A DNA stretch of 64,000 nt from Hyaloraphidium curvatum SAG 235-1 (GCA_025558095.1 JAIVFI010000007.1:496001-560000), one strand, 5' to 3'. Counted from the first letter of the stretch, positions 26,358-38,523 are shown. Made by a program: numbers and translations. Notes: generated by a model not told the origin, from the sequence alone.

Positions 26358-27682
26358 TCACGCAAACAGGAACCCGCTCCTTGCGTCCGGCAGCGCCCAC
26401 CGCGCATCCAGCCACGGCCACGGGCCGGACGTGTCCGGCGGGCTCGGGTTGGATGCGGGGGTGATGGGCGGCGTGGGGAGCTGCGCGGGGAACTGCGTTG
26501 GGAGCTGCGCGATGTAGGCGCGCAGGGGGTGCGACGACGGCAGCGGGGCCGGGCGCGCGTAGAAGGCGGGTATCTCGACCATGAGCGGCCGCGTGCGCTT
26601 GCCCAGGGCGGATGCGGGTGCAGCGGTCGCCCAGGCGGGGAGGAGGGCGGGGATCGCGGGGTGCGGCGCGGGGCGGCGGCGTCCGGTACGCTCGAGGGCG
26701 AGCTGCGCGGCCTCGCGGATGGCGGCGGCCAGGGTGCGTTCGCGGTCCGTCTCGCCGGGCAGCAGCGGCGGCGAGAGGGCTTCGGGCTCGTAGCCCCGCA
26801 CGGGGTCCGCGCGGCCGCGGGGCGGGCAGAGCGCCTCGCGGGCGGCGGCCAGCTCGCGCACGTCGGCGACGAGGCGGTCAAAGTCGCGGGAGGGGCAGCC
26901 GAGGCCGTGGTCCAGTGCGGCGAGGGCTGCGCGCTCGGCGCGGGAGATGGCGGGGCCGTCGAGGCCGTCCTGGCGCAGCCAGCGTGCCCAGCGCCGGTTG
27001 GAGCAGGTCCGGTCGTTGATGTACTTGTTGGCGATGATGAGGAGGGGCAGCAGGAGCAGCTGCGGGCGCGAGGCCGAGCAGGCGTGCGGGAAGAAGCTGG
27101 CTTCGCCGAGGTCGGCGGACCGCAGCCTGCGCAGGTAGTGCAGGGCGAGCACGGCGACGGACAGAGGCTCCTGCAGAGGGCGGGAAGGCGGTCAGACGCC
27201 GTTCTTTTCGAAGGCTCCGTGGCCGAGCGGGGTGTTTCCCCGATTTCCCGGGCCCGCCCTGGGGCTGCTGCGGGATACCCCGCCGGGGCAGGGCGCCCGA
27301 CGCACCCCCCGGGATAGGCAGCAGGGTGCCTGCAGACGGGCCCCCGGGGGTGTCCGGTGCCTGTGCAGCGCCGGCGGGGTGGCCGCCGGGGAGTGCTTCC
27401 GGGACGGCAAGCCCACCGGCCGGCGTCCGCCCACCGGCGGCGGTATCCTCCGCGGGACGTGCGCGAGAGCGCAAGAAGGAGACTCACCGCCAGCCTCATT
27501 GTCGCGATGGCGGTCGGGTGCAGCAGGCGGGCGAAGAAGTCGCGCAGGGCGGCGCGGGCTTCGGCGGGCGGGCGGCGGGGCAGCGCGGCGGCGGCGGCGG
27601 CGGCGAGCGCGGCGGCGACGGCGTCCGCGGCAAAGCCGGCCAGCGGCGCCGCGGCGCCGGCCATCTGCGGCTGCGCGGCCAT
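26358..27682 (-). CDS. Pho80/Pcl-family cyclin (Pcl1/Clg1-like)
   Basis: Cyclin box: VAVLALHYLRRL..LLIIANKYINDRTCSNRRWA..ISRAERAALAALDHGL; intron 27171-27487; PEST-like tail PTPPITP. Confidence 0.8.
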
Positions 27683-29944
27683 CGGCGGCGCGTAACGAGC
27701 GGGCACAGCCGGCGGCGGGTGCGCTATGCCGTCGGCCGGGAAGCCGGCGCGGCCTCGCTCGCTCGGCTCGGGGGCCGGCGCGGGCGGGCGGGGGTGAAGG
27801 CGGACCGCGCGGGCCGGGCGGTGGCTGTTCGGACCGAGTTTGTCGAGGACCCCGCGGCGGCAGTGGCTGCCGCCCACCGCAAAAAAAAGGCGGAGGTTGG
27901 CCCGCACAATATCCGCGCCCCCTGGATGTCGCACCCGGTTGCTTGCGGACCCTCGCGGCGTCCAGTGGGCTGCCTTTGGCACGCAAAGGGCGCTCAAGTC
28001 CTCCTGTCGAGGGCTCCTGTCGCACCGATCCCGGGACCACCCTTGCGGCCGGGAAAAAGGAACCGGCCCGACGCCTGGACCAGAATACCTCATAGGTCCG
28101 CAGCGCAGGAAACCGGTGGAGGAAGACCGGTCAGACGACGCCGTCCGAGTCGACCGAGCTCCCTTTCCAGCGCAGTTGTGAGTCCTCCCGCCGGGCATGC
28201 GCGAACGACACGACCGGCGATCCTCGCTTAGGCAGCCGCGCGACTGTCAGCCACCCGGGCGGCTGCGCCGGGCCGAAGCAGGCCATTACTGGTCCGGCCA
28301 AGGCGGCCGTTCTCGGTGCCCGTTTGGGCGTTGGGTCACACAAAGCGAGGCGTGCGACCGGTCACACGAGCTACTTGGCCGCACCCGCGCACCCGTCGCC
28401 AACGCAGAGGCTTCGCGGTTCCGCACCTCAGGGTCTCCCACGGCGTCCCTGAAAGTGCGGCACCGAACCCCCGACCGGCCCCGGGCTTCCCTGCCGACCG
28501 CGCCGCCGCGCCGCTCACCCACTCGACCCCCGGTCCGTCCCGCATCCACAAGGCCGCCGACCCTGCTTGGTGCCGCGCGACCATCATACCCATCCCATTG
28601 CAGTCTGTTGACTCATCCCCAACCCCCGGTCGCGCATGCCATCCCATCCGATCGGTGCCGCTACCGGCATGCCATGCAGCCCCTTCTCACAAACCGGCAC
28701 TGTTCCATCCGGCGGCAGGACGGCGTGCGGGCCGCCCAGAGGTGGCCGCCCCACCGGCCGGCCGGTCGTCGGCCGATGGCCGGCGGCACGACCGGCCGCC
28801 GTACCACGTGCGGCCACCCCCCTTTCGCCTCCGGGCTATTTGCCGGGGCATCCATCCGGTCGGCGATGGAAGGGCGCTTGTGGCTTGGTTCCGAGCCCGG
28901 GGATCCGGAAGGGGACGGATTGGTTTTCGGGACAGGGGACGAGGACCCTACGATCGGGGTACCGACCGGTGGCCAAGGGACGGAGGCGGGCGGACCTCCC
29001 ACGCTGCGGACATCTTCCAGCTGCACCGGACGGATGATCCGCCCCGCCAATCTCCGCGCTCCGCAATGGGCAGCCGAAACGGCGGGGGCGGGTTGGACAG
29101 CAGACCCTTGCACCCCGTACCGCTTTGCCGACGGCCACCCCTTCACATTCGTATCCCAGGCGGCCACCGCGGCCAGCAAGGCGCGCGATATTCCGTCGGA
29201 GGGAAGCCGGGACGTTGTCCATCCTTCGGGAAGCAGCGTAAGGCTGGCGACCGGCCGTGGGGATGGGACGGGATGGCCCAGGGCTCGGTGCCGCCCCCGC
29301 CAGGGCCCCGGGAAGCCTCGACCGGACCCCGTGACGTTATGCGCGAAGCCATCCCGGAGGAACGAGATGTGCTTTGCCTGTTGTTGCTGTGGGCCCTGGG
29401 GGTCGCGCTGCGGATGTGTGGGCGATCGGTGGACAGATCGGAGGATCGGCTGCCCCCCCGGCCCCTTGGGTCTTTCGGGGCGGAAGCCCTTGTCAGAGAA
29501 TCGAGAGAGGCGAGGTCAACCATTCTCTCTGCACAAATGAACGCAGCGTCGGATCGGTATGGAAAGTGCGAGCCTGGTTTGCAACCGCTCCGGTCCCGTG
29601 CTAACGCCTCGAGTGGCCCGCGGGAGTGGAACCGAAAATGTCCCCCGATCTTGCTCGCCAATTCTTCTCGGGAGATTGCTGCGATACCAGATCGGCCAGG
29701 ATTCGTCCCCCCGGGTAGCGAGAAGGAGCGGAGGTGGGGCCCAGGATCACGTGCTTGCGACAGATCGATCCCAAGCCCAAGCCTCGTACCCAAACAAAGC
29801 TCCGGTCGTGAACCTGCCCGCGATTACGGCCTCCATCGGCCTGGGACCTCAGCGGCCGCCTTTCCCGTGTTGCTGCCGAGCAGCTGCAGGGCGTCAGTTT
29901 GCTTGCATAGCCGGCACGCCGTGCTGGGGTCACCCGAGGCCCCG

Positions 29945-31292
29945 ATGGCACTCGACCTGCAAACCGCCGTCCTGACATGGGTTGCCGTCGAGCTCGCCCT
30001 CGTCCCGCTCTTCTTCCTTCTCCGCCGCCGTCTCTCCCCCGTGCGGCAACCCCCTGTTCTCTCAAAGAGCGAGCGGCGGGCGCTCTGGGACGCCGTGTTG
30101 GGGGAGCTCGAGCCCCTGGACTCGTTCCTGCCCACCTGGTTTAGCCCGCGCGTGCCGCTGCGCGAGATCGGAGAGCTCAATGCGGCCGAGTTCCTCGGCT
30201 GGGCGTTCTGGCACCGGGCACTGCCGGGCGTGCCGGTGGGCGACGGTATAGACGAAATGTCGGCCGAGGACCTGGAGGAGGCGCTGGGGATGCTGAGGGA
30301 GGCGCAGGACAAGCTCGGGGGCGAGAAGCTGCGGAAGGGCTACTACAACCCTGAGCTGAGGTGCAGCCGGCTCACGATGGACAACATCAAGGCCCTGCCG
30401 AGGCCATGGGCTGTCTACCTGGTGGGTGCCTTGCGCGGACGTATTCGGCCCTTTCGCTGACCTCCTCGCGATCCAGTTCACGCACATGGCGTCTTACTTC
30501 CACCACCTTGCCCTGCGCTGGCTCTATGGCTTCGATTACCGGACCTTCTCGGATGTTCCGTATCTGATCCGCGATCCGAAGCCCACGGCGTCAGTGGACG
30601 GAGGCAAGGACTCCAAATCCGGCGCCGCCGCCGATGATCCCATCGTTTTCGTACACGGGATCGGCATCGGCAGCCCCCCGTACCACCACTTCCTCGACTC
30701 GCTCATCCGGCGCTTCCCGAACCGGAAGATCGCCGTCATCCTCCTACCTCACGTCTCGATGAGGATACACCACCGGGTTCCCTCGCGAGGGGAGTGGATC
30801 GACGCCGTCGGCGGCATCCTTCGCCGCGAGGGCATTTCGAGGGCGGCCTGGGTCGCCCATTCTTTGGGAACGACCTGCTTCGCGTGGGTCGCAAAGCACC
30901 GGCCCGAATGGGTTTCCTCGGCGGTGCTGATCGACCCCGTGTGCTTTGCGCTGTGGGACGGCAACGTCGCGGACAACTTTGTCTACTCCGATCGGTTCGG
31001 GTCGCTCGCCGACCGCATCGTTCGCTTTATGGCCGGGAGGGAGCTCTTTGCCGCCCACGCCCTCGCGAGGCACTTTATCTGGCACGAGAACCAGCTGCTT
31101 GCGAGCCATCTGGGGGATCTCAAGGCCGGCGTCCGCGCCTTCGTCGCGGAAAAGGACGCGATCGCCGACCCGACGCGGTGCGAGGCGTGGTGCCGGAAGC
31201 ACGGCATCGACGTGACTGTCATGCCGGGGCTCGGACACGCGGGATGGCTCTTCAAGGGCGACTGGACCACCAAAGTGATCGACGCAATCTAG
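29945..31292 (+). CDS. Membrane-anchored alpha/beta hydrolase
   Basis: N-terminal hydrophobic segment; FVHGIGIG oxyanion motif, AHSLG nucleophile elbow, EKDAI and GHAGW; one intron at ~30423-30475. Confidence 0.85.
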
Positions 31293-31409
31293 ACACTGCT
31301 TTCTTCTCTCCGTCTCCTTCCTTTCTTGCCTCTCACACTCTGGCAGCTATGTACAAAGGAAAAACACGCTACTTTGTCCCCGGATCTGACCTCTCCGAAA
31401 CGGTTTCCA

Positions 31410-32308
31410 TCATCCCCGTCCAACGAAAGGCATGTCCCTCGCCATAATAGTAAGGTTGAGAACGTTGGTATCGAGGGGCAGCTTCGCCATCAACCTCACG
31501 GCTTCGGCAACCTCGGCCACGTCAATCATGGGCTCCGGCCTGAGCGAGCCGTCCGGTTGCTTGAGCGGGGGCCCCATTCTGGGGCCGGCAGTGTCTGTGG
31601 GGGCGGCGGAATCACCCCCGCGGAACTTATCAAAGATGCCGGTGGCGGCGTTTCCGATGTCGATCTGGCCGCATGCAATGTTGTACTTGCGGCAATCGAG
31701 GCCGGTCGACTTTGTGAGACCAGAGACGGCATGTTTTGTCGCAGTGTAGGCGACGGAGTTGGGCCGGGGAGCGTAGGCCGAGATGCTGCCGTTGTTGATG
31801 ATTCGGCCTCCGCCGTTGTTCTTCATCAGCTTGATGGCCTTGGTCCCCGCGATCAGTTGCGAGACGGCGGGCGAGCGGGGACCCCATTACCTCCTGAGTA
31901 CAAAGGAACATTCCCGTCAAGTTGGTGTCAATGACGGACTTCCAGAGCTCGAACGGCAGATCCTCGAGCTCGTACGTCGCAGGTGTGCCCTGGCCGGCAT
32001 TGTTGAATAGAAGGTCGCATCTGCCCCATCGTTCCTTGACCTGAGCAAAGAGGTTCTTGACCTGATCGGGCTGGGAGACGTCGACGAGGAAGACCAGTGC
32101 GTTCTCGGCGCCAAGTTCCCCAGCGACGGCCTCAAGAGGCTCCCTCCGGCGTCCAGCGAGCGCGATGCGGAATCCATCCTTCGCCAGCGCGATTGCACAT
32201 GCCCGACCGATACCGGTTCCAGCTCCCGTACTCGAGTGGCGAACGTCATGCTCTGACTGTACAAGAAGCAGCCGCAACGGCTCACATTACGGCGACCCTG
32301 TGTGCCAT
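31410..32308 (-). CDS. Classical short-chain dehydrogenase/reductase
   Basis: MAHRVAVI|[43 protein letters not shown] end; two introns. Confidence 0.92.
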
Positions 32309-32510
32309 CGAGGTCCTGACGTAGAAGTCCTATCGAAATCGCTGTTTGAATGGGTGAAGCGAAAGGACGAAGTGAGAAGGCCGCCGCGCGGACGCGCCAG
32401 CGCGCCGCTGTCCATTTTCACACCGACACCTCCTGCGGGCGCAGGGCCGACGCCGACCGGCGGTTCCCATATGATTCTTCGGTGACGCTTCCAGGGAACC
32501 GGCCGCCAAG

Positions 32511-34934
32511 ATGATGACGGCAAATAGGAAGCTCCAAAGCGAGTGGAGCTGCGCGGCGACACCGCGCCCCGACTGACGCGTCGCCGCCTTTTGCCGCGAT
32601 GGCCCGCAGCGGAGATCGACCGCGCCCTCAAGCGGGTCTCCGAGGGGGTTGCAGAGTTCGAGGAGGTGCGCCGAGGCCGCGAAGCGCGCCGGCAGCCCCT
32701 GAGCGCGTCCCTCGCAGACCATGGAGAAGCTAAACGCGGCAGCGAACCTGGCGCAGAAGGAGAAGTACGAGGGCGAGCTGAAGAAGCAGATCAAGAAGCT
32801 GCAGAGGGAGCGGGACCAGATCAAGACGTGGCTCACGTCGAACGAGGTCAAGGACAAGACCATCCTGCTGGAGAATCGGAAGCTCATCGAGCACCAAATG
32901 GAGCGCTTCAAGGCCGTGGAGCGCGAGCTGAAGACCAAAGCCTACTCGCGCGAGGGCCTGAGCGCCGCGGCAAAGATGGACCCGCAGGAGAAGGAAAAGG
33001 CGGAGCTCGGGAACTGGATTTCCGAATCGGTCGACCGGCTCTCGGCCCAGGTGGACAAGTACGAGGCCGAGGCCGAGCTCTTGCAGGCGGCCGCAAAGAA
33101 GAGCAAGAAGGCGGACTCGGCAAAGGTCGAGAAGCTCACCCAGCTGGAGAAGCAGGTCGAGCGGCACAAGAACCACATGACCAAGCTCGAAATCGTTCTG
33201 CGCATGCTCGAAAACGGCAATTTGACTGTGGAAGAAGTCGGTTCCCCCCACACGGAGTTGATTGCGCCCTTCTGACGCGGAACGGCAGGTCCAAGGCCTC
33301 AAAGAGGACGTGGACTACTACATCGAAACCGCCGAGAACGGGGATTATCCGGAGGATGAATCCTTCTACGACGACCTCAACCTGGACGAGGCTGAGGTCT
33401 TTGGCTTCACTGCGGACGATGACGGAAGCGGGGACGACGAGGACGAGAAGGAGGCCTCGGTCGCGTCGCCAAAGGAGAAGGAGGCGCCCGAGAGCAAAAC
33501 TTCCACCCCGAGTTCGGCGGTGGGATCGCCGCAGAAGAAGGAGGTCAAGCCATCGGCACGTGAGTCGCGACGAGCCGATGTTTAGTCGACCTCGTGGTGA
33601 CCATTGAAACCGTCCAGCTGCACCTCCTCCGCCGAAAGTGGCTGCACCACCGCCAGCGAAAGTGCCTGCTGTGACAGCTGCGAAGCCGACGGCGAGCGCA
33701 CTCCCTCCCAGGCAGCCTTTCACGGCAGCGGTGCGCGCCCCTGCTGTGGTCCCGGCACCGCCCCCGGTCGTGAGCACCGCTGGGCGCGGTTACTCGGCCG
33801 TGGCGGCAGCGACGACCTCGACACCGGACTCGGCGTCTAGCACGCCCGTCGGAGCCTCCGACGAGAAGAAGCCTGCGGTTCCGGTGGCGCCCGGGCGGGC
33901 ACCGCCGCCAGAGCCTGCAAAGAACTTGCCTCCTGGGGCCGCTGGACCTCCCGCGCGGCCTCCCGGGTCGGGCCTCCCCCCTCCTGCCGCGAACGTTCCC
34001 CCGACCGCGCCGGCCGCGGCTTTGCCGCCGCCACAGGCCGCTCAGCTGGTCACATCCCCCACGCCGTCGTCAGTCACCTCCATGTCTCCGCAGCTCAACT
34101 CCTCGCGGCCCTCGTCGTCGTCGCCCGCACCGGCGACTCCGACGGTGCCGCCGCAACCGGTGCCGAAGCCCGCAGAACCTGCGAAAGAGGAGGCCGGGCA
34201 AGGGGCGCCAGCGCAACCGCAGCCTCCGCCGGCACAACCGCCGCAGGATGGCGCCGAAAACAGGTTGCCGCCGTCGCTGGCCGACCTCGTGGAGTCCTTT
34301 GAGGCTGCCAAAGCCCGGAGTGAGCTCCGTTCGGCGCAGATCGTTTGCTTTCTTACTGACGTCGCCACTTCAGCGACCAAAGGAGCTCAGGATGCTTCTT
34401 TCTCCCGGGTCATGCTGGAATCTTCCTTCCCCTTCATTCCGGATTCCATGGACTGGGAAAAGTACGCTTTCGCGCATGACGGGATGGCCGTCTTTCTAAT
34501 CGTGCCGCCACCAGGCCCAAGAACTATGTCCCGAAAAATCCCTACCCGACGCCCCTCTACTATCCGCAATCGCCCCCGTCCTACCTCGAGGACCCGTCCA
34601 TCTTCGAGAAGTTCGACGTGGACACGCTCTTCTTCGTCTTCTACTACCAGCAGGGCACCTATGCCCAGTATTTGGCGGCTCGGGAGCTGAAGCGGCAATC
34701 CTGGCGGTTCCACAAGAAGTATCTGACGTGGTTCCAGAGGCACGAGGAGCCAAAGGCAATCACAGACGAGTACGAGCAGGGAACGTACATCTACTTCGGT
34801 CGGTTCTCCTTCGCGCCAGTCCCGCACGCCCCTGACAGTGCTCCCGCGCCGCAGACTACGAAGGCGCATGGTGCCAGCGGAAGAAGTCGGAATTCCGGTT
34901 CGAGTACCAGTTCCTGGAGGATTTGACCGACTAG
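32511..34934 (+). CDS. NOT3: CCR4-NOT subunit Not3/Not5 (CNOT3)
   Basis: NRKLQ|[50 protein letters not shown]; NOT box [34 protein letters not shown]. Confidence 0.96.
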
Positions 34935-35029
34935 CTGTGCCACACCATGTAAACGAGGTTGCAGGGAATGTCGACTTCTGTCCCCCTTTTTTTTGTTGCG
35001 CGAATGTACGCACCATTTCCGCCTGGATT

Positions 35030-37168
35030 TCACGGCGACTTCGGCGCGACCGTTTGGAGTACCTGGCCCGTCGGCGTCGCTGTTGTGCCCGTCTTCAGCT
35101 CGTCGAGCCACTTCATGATATCCTGAGCGCCTTTTTCCACGATCCCGTTGATGTCGACCCCGGCGGCGACGGGATCCCAGTCCTCGGCGAGGATCGCTCC
35201 ATCTGCAGCAAAATCGACGGCCGCCGGCGAGTACTGGAGGTTGGCCGTGCACTTCCTCCTCCCCTTCATCCGGTCCCGGTTGTGCGCGCACAGCCGGAGC
35301 TTCGAGATCAGCTCGTCTGCCAGCGACTCGATCTCGGCTCCACTAAAGTGAACTCCGTCGGGGGCCCTGTGCAGCCGGGCGAGGAAGCGCTGGTGCGAAT
35401 TCAGCAGCAGGAAGCTGCTCCGGTTGTGCGGGGCCGGGTCGAACGGCGGGAGGGGGCCCAGGTTCTCCAGCGCTTTCTCGTCGATTCCCGGCGGGCAACG
35501 GCCTCCGGTCGCCACGACGTACTGAGTCCAGAGCGACCACAGCTGCATCCTGTCTGGCAATCGCCAATCGGCAATGGGATGCAGGCGCATGGAACCTGCG
35601 ACGCTAATGGGCTGCACGTCCGCGTAGAAGATGCGCAGCGGGCCCAACCGATCGATCTCCTTGCGCGCGGGCCGGTTCCGGTCGCGCGACCACCGGTTCT
35701 GCACGTCGACGGCCCTGCGCGCGGTCCGGACCAGGGAAAGCAAGGCATGCAGGTAGAAAAGGTGCGTCCAGTGCCCGTGGTGCGCAGTAGACGCGGCCGG
35801 CCAGTGTCCGAACCCGGCCACGACGGTGTCAAAGAACGTGTACGAGGTCCACAGCCGCCCGAAGCGGTCCGACTCGGGGCCCGAGGAATTGGCAACGGCG
35901 TAGGGTATCGCGAGGGTGTCGTTGGTCAGCCTCCTGGCCGCAAAAGCCATACGCGAAAGCATATCGTCTATCCAGAGATCGGCGCGGACCGTGCCGACCA
36001 GCTCGGTCTTGTCCAGGCGGTACTGTCTGTACGGCGTGTTGAGCACAAAGCCCCGGCCAAAAGGGTCGATGCGGGTCTTGAACGCCTCGTACATAGTGCG
36101 GAGCTGGGAATCGCCTTCGAAGAGCAGGGACTGGGAGACGGCGTTGGATTTGCGGCCCTTCTCGGGTCCTGTGGGCGCATCCGAGCACCGCTTGGGGCAG
36201 AACCTCGTGGTTCGTCCGGTCCGGTCCCTCCGGAAATCCACATGGCGATGGCTGCACGAATAGGGCACGAACACCGCGTCGCGGACGAGATCGGCATGGA
36301 CCCTTTCCACCGCCTCGTCCGATTCGACGCGGAGCCACGTCCCCACCAAGGGGCCGGAAACGTCGGCGCAGTCCGGCGCCGCGGCGGGGGCCGCGAGGTG
36401 CGGGTTGAACGCCGGGTGCCGCAGCTGCGGGCACACCTCGACGCGGTGGCCGCTCACGAGGGAAACGTTCTGGACGTCCGGATGGTGGTCGTACTGGTCC
36501 CGCAGGCCGTCGTGCTTCCGATTCCGCCAGGTCAGCGAAAGCTCGAACTGTCCGGCCGCCAGCAGGTGAAAGTGCAGCTCGGACCTGCACTTTCGCGGCG
36601 ATTCCCAATCCGACGTGCCCGAGTCCAGCTCCGGATGACGGTAGTTCCGCGCGCCCGACGCGGTCGTCCATGGCCATGAGGTTAGCTCGTCGGCCAAATC
36701 GCCCCAGATCGATCGGAGCTTTGTGGGCGACGGCAACAGAGCGTAAAGCTCCGGTCCCTCCAACAACGCGGTCAAGGTATCGGGAGCAAATCGATCTCGC
36801 AGGTATTTGTCCGTCGTGCTGCTGAGCGCACTGGTGTTTGTCTCCGTGGTGCACGCTGCGGCGTCTGTCCGTTGGATCCGAACCACGCCGCGGAAGCAAT
36901 TGTCCGTGGCGAAGCACAGCTGCACCGCGAAGCCCCCCGCGGCGGGTACGTCCGTGCAGCTCAGCTGTCCGGTGCCCAACGAGCTTGGCTGCCCGGTTGC
37001 CGCGGAGCCACCCAATGAGAGGTAATCGGGGTCCGCGATCGGGTCCAGCGGGAAGCCAAAGCCGAGCTGGTCCGGGTCCTCCAACTCCTCCGGTTCTATG
37101 CTCAACATGACCAGCAGCATCGCAGCCAGGAGGAGACCGGCAAACAGGCGCCATCTCGTGGTGCTCAT
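35030..37168 (-). CDS. Type II membrane SGNH/PC-esterase (TBL/NXPE/Cas1-like) protein, intronless
   Basis: 712-aa ORF; N-terminal TM; C..GTW..VFVPYSC; LLFEGDSQLR (GDS); PDGVHF (DxxH). Confidence 0.75.
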   Translation of the reverse strand: MSTTRWRLFAGLLLAAMLLVMLSIEPEELEDPDQLGFGFPLDPIADPDYLSLGGSAATGQPSSLGTGQLSCTDVPAAGGFAVQLCFATDNCFRGVVRIQRTDAAACTTETNTSALSSTTDKYLRDRFAPDTLTALLEGPELYALLPSPTKLRSIWGDLADELTSWPWTTASGARNYRHPELDSGTSDWESPRKCRSELHFHLLAAGQFELSLTWRNRKHDGLRDQYDHHPDVQNVSLVSGHRVEVCPQLRHPAFNPHLAAPAAAPDCADVSGPLVGTWLRVESDEAVERVHADLVRDAVFVPYSCSHRHVDFRRDRTGRTTRFCPKRCSDAPTGPEKGRKSNAVSQSLLFEGDSQLRTMYEAFKTRIDPFGRGFVLNTPYRQYRLDKTELVGTVRADLWIDDMLSRMAFAARRLTNDTLAIPYAVANSSGPESDRFGRLWTSYTFFDTVVAGFGHWPAASTAHHGHWTHLFYLHALLSLVRTARRAVDVQNRWSRDRNRPARKEIDRLGPLRIFYADVQPISVAGSMRLHPIADWRLPDRMQLWSLWTQYVVATGGRCPPGIDEKALENLGPLPPFDPAPHNRSSFLLLNSHQRFLARLHRAPDGVHFSGAEIESLADELISKLRLCAHNRDRMKGRRKCTANLQYSPAAVDFAADGAILAEDWDPVAAGVDINGIVEKGAQDIMKWLDELKTGTTATPTGQVLQTVAPKSP

Positions 37169-37392
37169 GCCCGAAACGGGCGACTACAGGGTGCGGCCCG
37201 TGGCGGGCCGCCAGCCGAGCGGTCGAGCCGGGGCCGGCGCGGGCTGAACCAAATGGGCCCAGCGCTTCGCAATGAAGCCGAGAGCGGCGGGGACCTCCAG
37301 TGGGCAGGGCGGCGGGGCGGTGATGATGCGGGGATTCTCGTCCCCTTGTCGTCCCCGACCTGTCCCCGACCCTTCGCGCCCACCCGTACGCG

Positions 37393-38523
37393 ATGGCGCG
37401 TCCAAAGACGGCCGGCGCGTTCGAAATCCCGCCGGCCGATCGGCTGGACCGCGAGGGCGTGCCGTTCCAGCGGCCGTTGCAGGTCGCGTGCTTTTCATGG
37501 GATGCAAATCGCCGCCTCGCGCTCGACGACCGCGGCCTGCGCTTCTACGCGCCGCCAAACATCGCCGTGCCGCTCTCGGCGGGCTTCGAGAGCTACGTGA
37601 CGCGCGCGCTCGCCGTGCCCGAGCACCTGGACGCGCTGCTGGCCGCCCTGCTGGCAGGCTCGCTCGTGACCCCGCACCCGCCGGCCACGCCCGAGGCGCG
37701 CAGGCACCTGCCCGCGTTCGTCACGTGGCGGGGCATTCTCACGAAGCTCTTTTCGGCCGCGCACGATCGCCGGGAACCCTTCGAACTGCGCGCCACACGG
37801 TTCAACGGAACCATCTACCTCGTGGAGAATGAGCTGCCCGAAAAGGCGGAACGCGAGCGAAACATGAGCGCGAGAGAGGCGCTGTTTGCCTACGGGGGTT
37901 ACAAGTTCGAAGCCTTGTGCACGCTGCCTGTGCCCTTTCCAAAGGCCACGGAGCAAATGCTGCAGGCGCGCGACACCGCGCCAGTCAACAACAACGAGCA
38001 GTTCTGCTCCGTGCTCAAGACGCGGATCGGCGAGGATCTGGTGTTCATCGGGGCCGAGGTCGACTGCGCGGCGGCGCCGCCGGACCATCCCACGTCGACG
38101 GCAAACTACATCGAGCTCAAGACGAACCGCGTCATCGCCAACGACCGGCAGCGGCGCACGTTCGAAAACAAGCTGCTCAAGATCTACCTGCAGTCGTACC
38201 TGGCGGGCATCCCGAAGGTCATCGTCGGGTTCCGCAACGACGACCACGTCGTCGAAGACCTGCGCGAGTTTGCCACCCTTGACATTCCCGCCATGCTCCT
38301 CGGCCGCGTGGATTGGGATGCAAACGCCTGTTTGTCCTTCGGCGCGTCGTTGCTCGGTTTTCTGAAGCGGACAGTGGTCGTGGACGACCCCGATGTGGTG
38401 TATGCGGTCCGGATGGAGGAGGACGCCTTGCAGATCGTGGTGTACGAGGGCCGGCGCGATCCGGCACTGCGCTTCCTTCCCACGTGGTACACCACTGGCG
38501 AGGGCCGCCCGCCGGATGTGTAG
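37393..38523 (+). CDS. RAI1: RAI1/DXO decapping and exoribonuclease family protein
   Basis: FVTWRGILTK, YGGYKFE, NNNEQFCSV, GAEVDC, YIELKT, LQSYLAGIPKVIVGFRN. Confidence 0.95.
   Translation: MARPKTAGAFEIPPADRLDREGVPFQRPLQVACFSWDANRRLALDDRGLRFYAPPNIAVPLSAGFESYVTRALAVPEHLDALLAALLAGSLVTPHPPATPEARRHLPAFVTWRGILTKLFSAAHDRREPFELRATRFNGTIYLVENELPEKAERERNMSAREALFAYGGYKFEALCTLPVPFPKATEQMLQARDTAPVNNNEQFCSVLKTRIGEDLVFIGAEVDCAAAPPDHPTSTANYIELKTNRVIANDRQRRTFENKLLKIYLQSYLAGIPKVIVGFRNDDHVVEDLREFATLDIPAMLLGRVDWDANACLSFGASLLGFLKRTVVVDDPDVVYAVRMEEDALQIVVYEGRRDPALRFLPTWYTTGEGRPPDV

Noticed and set aside
27171-27487. TPP riboswitch in the cyclin intron
   Set aside because: No CUGAGA or other TPP aptamer core on the transcribed strand, and the gene is unrelated to thiamine.
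24331-30460. Very long ORFs 24331-26517(+), 26240-28198(-), 28197-29540(+) and the 5' part of 28316-30460(+)
   Set aside because: Arg/Pro/Ala/Gly-rich with no motifs; these are stop-poor frames expected in very GC-rich DNA, and several overlap real genes.
34838-36679. 613-aa + strand ORF (likewise 55893-57851 + and 18772-19827 -)
   Set aside because: Antisense shadows of genuine genes with strong GC3 bias.
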